Positions 31,454-40,195 of a stretch of 64,000 nt of DNA are shown here, piece by piece. Where the stretch lies: NCBI GenBank assembly GCA_965205505.1, contig CBDBHB010000009.1, positions 2,784,001 to 2,848,000 on the forward strand, given 5' to 3'. The notes below the pieces were generated by a model. It was not told where the DNA came from and made no database searches. It worked only from the letters and a program-made list of their open reading frames with translations. Each line of letters opens with the position of its first letter. Position 1 is the stretch's first letter. The DNA is from Acidobacteriota bacterium. GTDB lineage: Bacteria; Acidobacteriota; UBA890; WLXD01. A program made the translations under genes and the position numbers.

Positions 31454-31712
31454 CAGGCCGTGGTGAAAGCGTGGTGGCCTCACGGCTGTTTCCACAGCGG
31501 GGTCATCTTTTCGTCCAGCAAGTACAGACTCGGCGATCCATCGCCCTGAATCGCCACCGCCGCTCCCGGCGCTCGGCCTGACGTAGGCGGTGCTCGATAC
31601 CCGCGATACGCTCTGCGATCTCCATCGGCTCAGATCTCCGTCGTCGAGACTCCTTGGATTCAACTCAGTCGCGCGCCACAATATGCAACGAACCTCTGTT
31701 ACAGGCCACTAG
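31451..31712. mobile_element. composite MITE remnant (type A left end, type B right end)
   Basis: TAGCAGGCCGTGGTGAAAG as at 45398; CACAATATGCAACGAACCTCTGTTA as at 62454-62468 region. Confidence 0.8.
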
Positions 31713-31987
31713 TGCTCCTGATCATAAGTACGGTGACGTTTGTGGCGCGCGCGAGCGGGGCGAATTGTAGGAGCGGCGACGAGGGCGATGCTGGGTGTAT
31801 CGTCGAGGCGCCGCGACGCCCAAGGTGGCCGGTCCCGCGGCCACCCGGAGGGCAGGAGCGATAGGCGGGCGATCTCGGCGTCAGGGCTCCTCGAGGATGG
31901 CTAAGGCATCGCCTTCCTCACCCTTCCTTGATCTCGCCCGCATCTCGCTCCTGCAAACGTCACCGTACTTATGATCAGGAGCACTAG
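31709..31987. mobile_element. MITE type D, perfect 34-bp terminal inverted repeats
   Basis: CTAGTGCTCCTGATCATAAGTACGGTGACGTTTG at both ends in inverted orientation; two inverted hairpin cores inside. Confidence 0.9.
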
Positions 31988-31988
31988 T

Positions 31989-32924
31989 GTGACGATTGCG
32001 CTCGCGGTGCACGGCGGTGCCTGGAATGTCCCCGACGGCGTGGTCCATCAACACCTCGTCGGCGTCGCCGAGGCGTTGCGCGATGCTTGGCGGATGCTAC
32101 GCGCGGGCGCCGGATCGGTGGACGTCGTCGAGCACGCTGTTCGCCTGCTTGAAAACGACCCGGTGTTCAATGCCGGCAAGGGATCGCATCTGAATCAGTT
32201 GGGCCGTGTCGAGCTCGACGCGTCAATCATGGAGGGCGAGGGCCTTGAGGCCGGAGCGGTGGCGGCGGTGCAGGGAGTGTGCAACCCGGTCACGCTGGCG
32301 CGTCGTGTGATGGACGCATCGCCGCACGTGTTGCTCGTAGGATCGGGCGCTCGTCGCTTTGCCGAGGAACACGGGGTGCCGCTGTGTCGTGCGCGCGATC
32401 TGCTCGTTGGCCGAGCACGGGAGCAATACTTGCGCATACGCGCCGGCGAGACGGCGCTAGTTGACGAGGAGTTCGCCCCTGGCCCCGACGATCATATGGG
32501 CACCGTGGGCGCGGTCTCCCGAGATCGTGATGGTCTGATCGCCGCCGCCACGTCGACCGGAGGCACGCTCGACAAGTACCCGGGGAGGGTAGGGGATTCG
32601 CCGCTCATCGGGGCCGGGACGTATGCCGACTCGCGCCATGGTGGCGCCTCATCCACCGGATGGGGGGAAGGGATAGTGCGCGTCGTGATGGCGAAGGCGG
32701 CGGTTAGCTGCTTGGCATCGGGATACGATGCGGCTGCCGCAGCCCGCGCTGCCCTTGCCGACCTGGAACGCGTCGACGGTCGGGGCGGGCTCATCGTCGT
32801 GGATCGTGCCGGGTCCGCCGCAGCGGTTTTCAATACACCACGAATGGCCCGAGGAATGGCCACGATGGTGAGTGGCCTGCGAGTCGGTGTCGATGCGACG
32901 CTGGAGGCCTGCAGCGCAGATTGA
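31989..32924 (+). CDS. iaaA: isoaspartyl peptidase/L-asparaginase (Ntn)
   Basis: VHGGA, ELDASIM, GTVGAV, TSTGG, GRVGDSP, TGWGE. Confidence 0.92.
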   Translation: MTIALAVHGGAWNVPDGVVHQHLVGVAEALRDAWRMLRAGAGSVDVVEHAVRLLENDPVFNAGKGSHLNQLGRVELDASIMEGEGLEAGAVAAVQGVCNPVTLARRVMDASPHVLLVGSGARRFAEEHGVPLCRARDLLVGRAREQYLRIRAGETALVDEEFAPGPDDHMGTVGAVSRDRDGLIAAATSTGGTLDKYPGRVGDSPLIGAGTYADSRHGGASSTGWGEGIVRVVMAKAAVSCLASGYDAAAAARAALADLERVDGRGGLIVVDRAGSAAAVFNTPRMARGMATMVSGLRVGVDATLEACSAD

Positions 32925-33036
32925 CGCCGAGCGTCGTGCGCTCTTTTGGTACGCGGCGTCCCACAAACGAACACCTCATCGACGCCAGATGTCTACCGCC
33001 GCACAATCACGCCAGGGGAGTTTGGCACCGGCACGC

Positions 33037-33052
33037 TGGCACAGAGCTTGCT
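33037..33052 (+). promoter_or_regulatory. sigma54 -24/-12 promoter upstream of TolC-family gene
   Basis: TGGCACAGAGCTTGCT matches TGGCAC-N5-TTGCW exactly. Confidence 0.75.
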
Positions 33053-33055
33053 GTT

Positions 33056-33147
33056 CTATCAGGCCGTGGTGGAAGTGTGGCGGGCCTGCGACAGGGTCTT
33101 GCGAGCTGAAGGCAAGGAGAAAGGAGGAGGCGACCACGGCCTGCTAG
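33056..33147. mobile_element. internally deleted MITE type A
   Basis: CAGGCCGTGGTGGAAGTGTGG...ACCACGGCCTGCTAG; interior matches the reverse complement of 45600-45676. Confidence 0.85.
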
Positions 33148-33184
33148 TCACTCACGCCACCTGGCGAATTGAACGACCCCTCGC

Positions 33185-34885
33185 TTGGAGCCGATGATGT
33201 CCATGAACTCGAATCGCTGTTTCGCGACGATGCTGGGCTCTCTGTTTCTTCTAGTGCCCGCAATCGCCACCGCAACCCCCCAATCGGTGACTCCGACGGC
33301 CGTGCTGTCGGCCGACATCGCACCCCAGCCGGTGTCGAACGAAGCGCTTGCGGCGACGCAGGGACCGGAGGAGGCAAAGGTTCTGGAGCTGTCGCTTCGC
33401 CAGGTTGTCGAGCTGGCGCTGCGCCACAATCTCCAGGTGCGCATCGCGTCACTCAACCCAGACCTGACGGAAGAGCAGATCCGTTTCGCACGGTCGAGAT
33501 TCGACCCCGTATTCGTGTTCAATCTGCCGCAGCAGTTCAACCGATCGACTCAGCCGACAGCCTCAGTGCTTGGCGGGGCCGACGTGCTCACGCAAGAATC
33601 AATCGTGGCTGGGTTCAGCGTGTCGGCGAACACCTCGTTCGGTCTCGGGTGGTCGGTCTCGGGTAACGCATCACGGCTGGTCACCAACAACGAATTTTCG
33701 ACCTTCAACCCGCAATACACCACGAGCATGACGCTGTCCGTGCGGCAGCCGCTGCTGCGCAACTTCGGCCGCACAGCGAACCGACAGCAGCTGCTCGTGG
33801 CACAGAACGACTTTTCGGTAAGTCGCCACCAATTCGGTCAGCAACTACAGCAACAGATCGCGCAGGTGATCATCGCGTACTGGAATCTGGTATCGGCGTA
33901 CCGTTTCGTCGACATCGCCGAGCAGAGCCTCGAGCTGGCGCTGGAGCAACTCGACCGCAACAACACGATGGTGCGCATCGGTACGCTGGCCGCGGTCGAC
34001 GTGATTCAGACGGAGCAACAAGCGGCAGACGCCCAGCTCACGTTGATCCAATCGCAGATCGCGCTGCAGAACCAACAGGATCAGGTGAAGTCTCTGCTCA
34101 ACCTCGACTCGGTGGTGGCCGAAGGGTGGACTGTAGAGATCGTTCCCACTGACGAGCCGGCCAGGAACGCACCCGAGATCGACATGGAACTAGCAGTTGC
34201 GGAGGCGCTGCAGAAGAGCCCGCTCATCCGGCTCGACCGGGTGAACGTCGAGAGCCGAAAAATCGACCTCGGGGCGGCGCGCAACGGTGTACTGCCGCAG
34301 CTCGACTTCGTCGCCAGCGGTACTCTTAGCGGGTTGGGTGGCGATCAGATCTTTCGCTCCGGCGGCATTTTCGGGAGCGGCGGCGTGGTTGAGGTTCAGG
34401 AGGGCGGACTGTCCAACTCGCTGAGGCAATTGCTATCGGGTGACTTTCGCAATTGGTCGCTCGGGATCCAGGTGTCGTTTGCGGTGCGCAACGACGCAGC
34501 GCGCGCTCAGCATGCTCAAGCGTCTATTCGTGAGATGCAGGCGATGACCCAGCTCCAGGACCGGCAGGTTCAGATCCGCCTGGCCGTTCAGCAGGCGGCC
34601 AGGAACGTGACCGGGGGCGTGCAGCAAGTGAATGCGGCGCAGAACGCGCTGGCCTTGGCGGAGCGCCAGTACGCGGCAGAGCTACGGCGCTTCGAAGCGG
34701 GAATCACCTCCACCTTCCAGGTGCTCAACTTCCAGCGCCAGCTCACGCTGGCACGGTCACGGCAATTGGTGTCGCTGATCGGCCTCAACTTGTCGCTAGC
34801 GAACCTGGAGTTCAATAAGGGAACGCTGCTCCAGCAATTCGGCATCGAGATCGAAGACGCCGGTACTGGCGGACCGATGATGTGA
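33185..34885 (+). CDS. TolC family outer membrane protein
   Basis: LSLRQVVELAL.HN, QPLLRNFG, LPQLD, ELRRFEAG. Confidence 0.9.
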   Translation: MEPMMSMNSNRCFATMLGSLFLLVPAIATATPQSVTPTAVLSADIAPQPVSNEALAATQGPEEAKVLELSLRQVVELALRHNLQVRIASLNPDLTEEQIRFARSRFDPVFVFNLPQQFNRSTQPTASVLGGADVLTQESIVAGFSVSANTSFGLGWSVSGNASRLVTNNEFSTFNPQYTTSMTLSVRQPLLRNFGRTANRQQLLVAQNDFSVSRHQFGQQLQQQIAQVIIAYWNLVSAYRFVDIAEQSLELALEQLDRNNTMVRIGTLAAVDVIQTEQQAADAQLTLIQSQIALQNQQDQVKSLLNLDSVVAEGWTVEIVPTDEPARNAPEIDMELAVAEALQKSPLIRLDRVNVESRKIDLGAARNGVLPQLDFVASGTLSGLGGDQIFRSGGIFGSGGVVEVQEGGLSNSLRQLLSGDFRNWSLGIQVSFAVRNDAARAQHAQASIREMQAMTQLQDRQVQIRLAVQQAARNVTGGVQQVNAAQNALALAERQYAAELRRFEAGITSTFQVLNFQRQLTLARSRQLVSLIGLNLSLANLEFNKGTLLQQFGIEIEDAGTGGPMM

Positions 34886-35007
34886 TCGCGCTCGGCACCC
34901 GTCCAGCAGGTTCCGTTGGCGCCGCCTGACCCGCCTGCCGATCAGTTGCCGCCCCGTTAGCGTTGCAAGAGCGGCAAGTCTGGGTGGCACGCGCAGAGGA
35001 GGCGGAT

Positions 35008-35382
35008 TCAGAACGGCAAGTCTCCCTCGTCGAGGCCGAAGTGGTGACCGATCTCGTGCAGCAGCGTCTCGCGCACGATCTGCGCGATCTCGCCGCGGTG
35101 ACGCGCCTCCCGTAGCGTAGGGCCACGGAAGATCACGATACGGTCGGGAAGGTCCCACCCACCGCTGTCGCGCACGCTCTGAGGCGTGCCTTGGTACAGA
35201 CCCAACAGGTCTTGGTCATCGTCGTCTGGATGGATCCCGACCCCGGCAAGCTCTTCCGCATCAGGCTCGTCCTCGATCACGATCGCGACGTTGTCGAGAC
35301 GGTTGGCCCACTCCGGTGGCAGGCTCGCCAGAGCCTCCTCGACAATGGCCTCGAATCTCGCCAATGAGATCTTCCTGGGCAT
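35008..35382 (-). CDS. minimal zincin-like metallopeptidase (DUF1025)
   Basis: LLGLYQG, PDRIVIFR, HEIGHHFG. Confidence 0.9.
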   Translation of the reverse strand: MPRKISLARFEAIVEEALASLPPEWANRLDNVAIVIEDEPDAEELAGVGIHPDDDDQDLLGLYQGTPQSVRDSGGWDLPDRIVIFRGPTLREARHRGEIAQIVRETLLHEIGHHFGLDEGDLPF

Positions 35383-35421
35383 CGGTTCACGCCTATTGGG
35401 TGCCGTCTATACTGCGCGGCG

Positions 35422-38172
35422 ATGAGTGAAGCGTCCCGTGACTTTATCGAGTCGCTCCATAGCCATGCTACGGCCTACTCGGCGAGGCCGGCGTTTCGGC
35501 TCGCCAGCGAGCGTGGCACCGTGCTGCTTACCTTTGGGGCCCTCGCGGAGCGGGTGCAAAGATTCGGTTCCGCGCTGCTTGCTGCGGGGCTGTGCGATGG
35601 CGAGCGCATTGCCCTCTGCATGGAGAATCGGCCTGCATGGCCGGTGGGCTATCTGTCCACCTGGTACGCCAACGCGACGGTAGTACCGATCGATCCGGCA
35701 CTGGAGCCGCAGGCGATTCGGCGCGTGCTCGAGCATTCAGGCGCGCGACTCGTGCTGACTTCTCACAGATTGGGGCCCAAGTTCGTGGAAGCTTGTGCCG
35801 GGCTCGACGAGCCTCCAGTGTGTCTCGACGTCGATGCCTGCGGCGATCGGCGCTGGGACGGGGAGGCTGAGGAAGATGGACTGTCGACTGCCGCCGGCGA
35901 AGACTGTGGGGCTGCCTGGGACGAATTCGTCGCACAGCATCGCGAGTCTTTCGATTGGGCTCCGCGGCCGGCGACAGGCGTGCCGGCAACCATCATGTAC
36001 ACGTCCGGCACCACAGGGCTACCCAAGGGCGTCGCGTTGTCGCGAGATGCGCTGGCGACCAACATCGAAGCCGCCCTGCGGAGCATTGGACTGACCGAGG
36101 ACGATCACGTACTCGGGGTGTTGCCCTTGTTTCACGCCTTGCCCTTGATGGCCAGCTGTCTGGCTCCTGTCTTCATCGGTGCGCAGGCGACGTTTCTCGC
36201 CGACCTGCATCCGGACCGCATCATCGCCGCGTTTCCGCGCTTCGGAATCACTGCCTTCGCCTGCGTACCGTTGTTCTTCTACCGCTTTCACGATCGGGTC
36301 ATGGGTCGCATCCAAGCGCTGCCGCCACTGCGTCGCCGGTTGGCGCACGTACTCCTCCGGCTGAGCCGTTTCGCCCGCAAGGCGTTGGGAGTGTCGATCG
36401 GGCGTCGGTTGTTCCCAGCCGCGCACGCGCCGTTCGGGGCGCGGCTGCGGATCTTGTTGACGGGAGGTGCGAAGTTCAATGCCCGGGTCTTCCAGGACTT
36501 TCTCGACCTCGGCTTTCCGCTCCTCCAGGGGTACGGGCTTACCGAGGCAACGGCGCTATTGACCATTCTTCCGCCCAACGAACTACGGCCGGACACCGTG
36601 GGCAAAGCGATTGACGGGGTTGAGCTGCGGATCCGTTCGCCAAACGAAGCCGGGGTGGGAGAGATCATGGCGCGCTCGCCGAGCAGGATGATCGGCTACT
36701 ACCGCAATCCCGAGGCCACCGCCGAGGCCTTCCATGGAGATTGGTTGAAGACCGGAGACCTAGGCCGCCTGCTACGGAACGGTCACCTCCAGGTCACCGG
36801 ACGCGCCAAGGACGTGGTAGTGCTCGCCTCCGGTAAGAACATCTACCCGGAGGAGCTGGAGGATTTCTACGGCCAGTCTGAGTTCATCGACGAGATCTGT
36901 ATTCTGGGCATGGAAGATCCTGCCCGCCGCGGTGCCGAGCGCTTGCACGCGGTGGTCGTACCGAACCTCGACCATGCTCGGCGACACGGACACGTAAACA
37001 TCCGCGAGATGGTCATCTGGGAGATAGATGGCGCTGGCCTTCAGCTGCCGGCACCGCAACGCGTCACGAGCCTGGAGGTTCGTACCGATCCGTTGCCGCG
37101 CACTACCACGCGCAAGCTCAAGCGCTTCGAGCTGAAGCGAGAGATCCTGGCACGCGGCGACGTCAGATCGCAGCGTGAGGAGCCAGTTCCCGAGGTAGCG
37201 ATGGATGAGCCTCCGTGGGCTCACGCGGTGCGCAGCATCGTGGCGCGCCATGCGCGGGTGGACGGGGTGGCGCGCACGCAACACCTCGATCTCGATCTCG
37301 GTCTCGAATCGCTCGACCGAATAGAGATTCACACCGAGGTCGCCGAAGCGCTCCGTCTGAATCTACCGCAGCAAGCCGCGGCGGAGGTGCAGACGGTGGG
37401 CGAGTTACTCGACTTGATCGGTACGTACATCGACGGACCGGCACCCGTCGACGGTGCGGCCGTCGATCGCTGGGCGGACGTACTCGCGGGCACACCGCCG
37501 AAGGTTGAGCCCTACCTGCGCAGACGAGCATTCTGGGAGGCCGTGCTGTTCCGTATGTTTCGGATTGCTCGGTGGTGCCTGTCGTGGTGGGGCTTCGAAG
37601 TTCGCGGGCTCGACCGCCTGCCCGAGGACTTTCCGTTCATCCTGGCTCCTAACCACCTGAGCTTCGTGGATCCGTTCCTGCTGGTCGCCGCCTTGCCGCG
37701 CCGCGTTTACCGACGGATCTTCTTCGTCGGCCACAGCGCCTATTTTCGCGGCCTGGTTCTGGGTAGCCTCGCGAGGCTGCTGCGCACCGTTCCGATCGAT
37801 CAGAGCCGTCATCTAGAGCGCGCCATGCAGGCGGCGGCAGAAGGACTCCGGCGTGGCATGGTGTTGGGGATCTTTCCGGAGGGCGGCCGCTCGAGCGATG
37901 GCACGGTGAAGCAGTTTCGTCGTGGAACCGGCATCCTGGCCCGTCATCTAGAGGTACCCGTGGTGCCGGTGGGGCTTTGGGGCAGCTACGAGATGTGGCC
38001 ACGCGACGGAAGCTTCCGGTCGCACGCTACCGCCGTAGTGTTCGGAGAAGCAATGCGACTGCCGCGCGACGCCGACCGCGATTCGCAGGAGCTGTTCATG
38101 CGGGCGTTGCGCGCTCGGGTGATCGATCTGGTGCGTGAGGGAGAAGCGCTCTATTCGCGCAAAAAAAAATGA
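35422..38172 (+). CDS. long-chain acyl-CoA/ACP synthetase - carrier domain - PlsC-type acyltransferase fusion
   Basis: YTSGTTG, GYGLTE, SGKNIYPEE; LGLESLD carrier Ser; NHLSFVD and FPEG. Confidence 0.92.
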   Translation: MSEASRDFIESLHSHATAYSARPAFRLASERGTVLLTFGALAERVQRFGSALLAAGLCDGERIALCMENRPAWPVGYLSTWYANATVVPIDPALEPQAIRRVLEHSGARLVLTSHRLGPKFVEACAGLDEPPVCLDVDACGDRRWDGEAEEDGLSTAAGEDCGAAWDEFVAQHRESFDWAPRPATGVPATIMYTSGTTGLPKGVALSRDALATNIEAALRSIGLTEDDHVLGVLPLFHALPLMASCLAPVFIGAQATFLADLHPDRIIAAFPRFGITAFACVPLFFYRFHDRVMGRIQALPPLRRRLAHVLLRLSRFARKALGVSIGRRLFPAAHAPFGARLRILLTGGAKFNARVFQDFLDLGFPLLQGYGLTEATALLTILPPNELRPDTVGKAIDGVELRIRSPNEAGVGEIMARSPSRMIGYYRNPEATAEAFHGDWLKTGDLGRLLRNGHLQVTGRAKDVVVLASGKNIYPEELEDFYGQSEFIDEICILGMEDPARRGAERLHAVVVPNLDHARRHGHVNIREMVIWEIDGAGLQLPAPQRVTSLEVRTDPLPRTTTRKLKRFELKREILARGDVRSQREEPVPEVAMDEPPWAHAVRSIVARHARVDGVARTQHLDLDLGLESLDRIEIHTEVAEALRLNLPQQAAAEVQTVGELLDLIGTYIDGPAPVDGAAVDRWADVLAGTPPKVEPYLRRRAFWEAVLFRMFRIARWCLSWWGFEVRGLDRLPEDFPFILAPNHLSFVDPFLLVAALPRRVYRRIFFVGHSAYFRGLVLGSLARLLRTVPIDQSRHLERAMQAAAEGLRRGMVLGIFPEGGRSSDGTVKQFRRGTGILARHLEVPVVPVGLWGSYEMWPRDGSFRSHATAVVFGEAMRLPRDADRDSQELFMRALRARVIDLVREGEALYSRKKK

Positions 38173-38230
38173 AGAGCGCGCCGACGATTGTCCCACCTCC
38201 CCGGTCGTAACATTGGCGACGCGCTCCTCA
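38161..38230 (-). terminator. long hairpin + U9 on minus strand (terminator; possible sRNA body)
   Basis: UGAGGAGCGCGUCG/CGGCGCGCUCUUCA 14-bp stem followed by 9 U. Confidence 0.7.
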
Positions 38231-38456
38231 GAGCATTTCCTGGTCTATGCAAGAGGGAGACCCAATCCCGTTTGCTGTGACTCAGTAGGTTAAGAAATGT
38301 ATCGAATTGGTATACGCATCGCAAGACATTTATAATATCTAATAAAACGTTATAACAAGTTTAAATACCTATTAGTAACTAGCACAGGACAAGAAGGGTC
38401 ACAGATTGCGCCTGCTTTCCCGCGGCCGCGGCGATTTTTCCTGCGTCCGAGCGATT

Positions 38457-39455
38457 TCAGTAGGCCGCGCCAACCCCGATGAGCCGGCGCACGCTGCTCA
38501 TTGTCTGGGCCGCGATCTCCGTTGCTCGCTCGGCGCCGGCGCGTAGCGTTGCCGCGATGTCGGCATCGGCGAGCTCTGCTCGTCGCGTGCGTATGGGCTC
38601 CAGAGTGGCCATCAGATGCTCGGCGACGGCGGCTTTCAGATCGCCGTACATGAGCTCTCCCTGCCGCGCCGCGGCGCTCATCTGGTCGGCGAGCGGATCG
38701 GCGTCCAACAATCGCAGGATGCCGAGGAGGTTGATGACACCGGCACTTAGCTCGTCGCCAGCATCGCCACCGCTGTCGGTCACCGCGGAACGGATCTTCT
38801 TGATCGCCGAATCCACTGGCTCCATGACCCCAATGTAGTGCTTGTCGCCCAGGCTCTTGCTCATCTTCTGGGTCGGCGCGGCTAGCGACATGATGCGGCT
38901 GCCAGCAGTGAGAATGGTCTGGACGTCGGGAAAGAACTCGATGCCCACGGTTTGATTGAACCGGCGCGCAATGCCTCGCGTGAGCTCGAGATGCTGAGAC
39001 TGATCGTCGCCGACCGGAACGCCATCGGAGCGGTACAGGAGAATATCCGCGGCTTGCAACACGGGGTAGGTGAACAATCCTGCGTTGACGTAGCCGCTGC
39101 GTTCAGACTTGTCCTTGAACTGCGTCATGCGGCTGAGGTCGCCGTGCGCAGTGAACGCGCTGAAGACCCACGCGAGCTCGGTGTGCTCGGGTACGTGCGA
39201 CTGTACGAAGAGGATCGAGCGCTCGGGGTCGATTCCGCAGGCGATCAGGTCACCCGCAAGCCGTAGCGAGCGTGCGGCAAGGCCGTCGGCGTCGATCTCG
39301 TGGGTGATGGCGTGATAGTCGACCACGCAATAGATGGTCTGTTCGTACTCGTCCTGTAATCGGACCCAATTGCGCACCGCACCGAAGTAGTTCCCGAGAT
39401 GGAGGTCGCCGGTGGGTTGAATTCCGGAGAATATGCGCGATACGGGCAAGTCCAC
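38457..39455 (-). CDS. trpS: tryptophan--tRNA ligase
   Basis: SGIQPTGDLHLGNY, YPVLQAADI, VPVGDDQ, KMSKS. Confidence 0.97.
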   Translation of the reverse strand: MDLPVSRIFSGIQPTGDLHLGNYFGAVRNWVRLQDEYEQTIYCVVDYHAITHEIDADGLAARSLRLAGDLIACGIDPERSILFVQSHVPEHTELAWVFSAFTAHGDLSRMTQFKDKSERSGYVNAGLFTYPVLQAADILLYRSDGVPVGDDQSQHLELTRGIARRFNQTVGIEFFPDVQTILTAGSRIMSLAAPTQKMSKSLGDKHYIGVMEPVDSAIKKIRSAVTDSGGDAGDELSAGVINLLGILRLLDADPLADQMSAAARQGELMYGDLKAAVAEHLMATLEPIRTRRAELADADIAATLRAGAERATEIAAQTMSSVRRLIGVGAAY

Positions 39456-39493
39456 ACGTTGCTCCTGCCGGGGCCGCCCAGTCCCCGAACGTA

Positions 39494-39697
39494 GAGAAAG
39501 CCGGGGCGAGCCCGGCTTTCTCCGAGTTTCAACCCGGTGCGGCGGCCAGCTCGGCCGCCGCACCGGTTTCTGAGCAGAGGGATTCCGGTGGGGTGGGCTG
39601 TGGTGGTACCCGGAATCCCTTCAAAGGGCGGGGGTCGGGGGTGGGGGGGGCTGACCATCCCGCCCTCAGCGGCTGGGGCAGTACAGAATCATAGCCG
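39494..39697 (-). ncRNA. candidate multi-hairpin RNA / trpS leader
   Basis: 4-5 adjacent stems (12, 14, 11 and about 12 bp), C-rich loops on the minus strand; last stem followed by a U-rich tail. Confidence 0.5.
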
Positions 39698-39778
39698 GCA
39701 CCCCATCATGAGGCAAGATAGGATGCCTAGTTTCTCGTTGCCGTGCTACCGTTCGAGTAAGAAAGGGGGTAGGGAGCC

Positions 39779-40153
39779 GTGTCGCACCATCGTTTCCGCA
39801 TATTCTCGCTAGACGAGGCGAATCGGGCGCTACGCCTAGTCAACCAGGTGACCGCGAGCACGCGTCGACGCATGCGCGAGCTGCGCCAGGAGCAGGAATC
39901 CGATCCGTCGGCGGCCGAGCAAGTCGACGCCGAAACTCGACTTGTGCTCGATGAATGGGCGCGCGTGATTCTCGAGATTGGCGGCCAGCCAAAGGGCATC
40001 TTCACGGTGGATTTCCGCAGCCCCGATCCGAATGTGTTGTGGTGCTGGGCACCCGACGAGACCGAGATATCGCACCGGCACTTTACCTGGGAGTCGTTCA
40101 AGGACCGGGTATCGATCGATGCGGCCGACGCCGGATGGCCGGCGCTGAACTAG
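39779..40153 (+). CDS. DUF2203 family protein
   Basis: FSLDEAN..KG...VDF...LWCW...E..I.H.H. Confidence 0.8.
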   Translation: MSHHRFRIFSLDEANRALRLVNQVTASTRRRMRELRQEQESDPSAAEQVDAETRLVLDEWARVILEIGGQPKGIFTVDFRSPDPNVLWCWAPDETEISHRHFTWESFKDRVSIDAADAGWPALN

Positions 40154-40188
40154 TGCTGCGTACCACTATTTGTGGGGCGTAGCACTAG
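40150..40188. mobile_element. collapsed MITE type C
   Basis: CTAGTGCTGCG|TACCACTATTTGTGGGGCGTAGCACTAG, the fused ends of 42556-42724. Confidence 0.85.
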
Positions 40189-40195
40189 CCAGCTG

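Noticed and set aside
38170-38230. ZMP/ZTP or c-di-GMP riboswitch
   Set aside because: Only CCGGGGAG resembles ZTP; other conserved blocks are missing and there is no downstream gene on that strand.
38290-38380. dif site or oriC unwinding element
   Set aside because: No TTATGTTAAAT-like XerD arm, no DnaA boxes, no dnaA context.
39595-39615. T-box-like GGTGGTACC upstream of trpS
   Set aside because: It is on the strand opposite trpS; no Stem I and no Trp-codon leader peptide are evident.
39711-39730. sigma54 promoter for the trpS-upstream RNA
   Set aside because: GG-to-GC spacing is 11 rather than 10.
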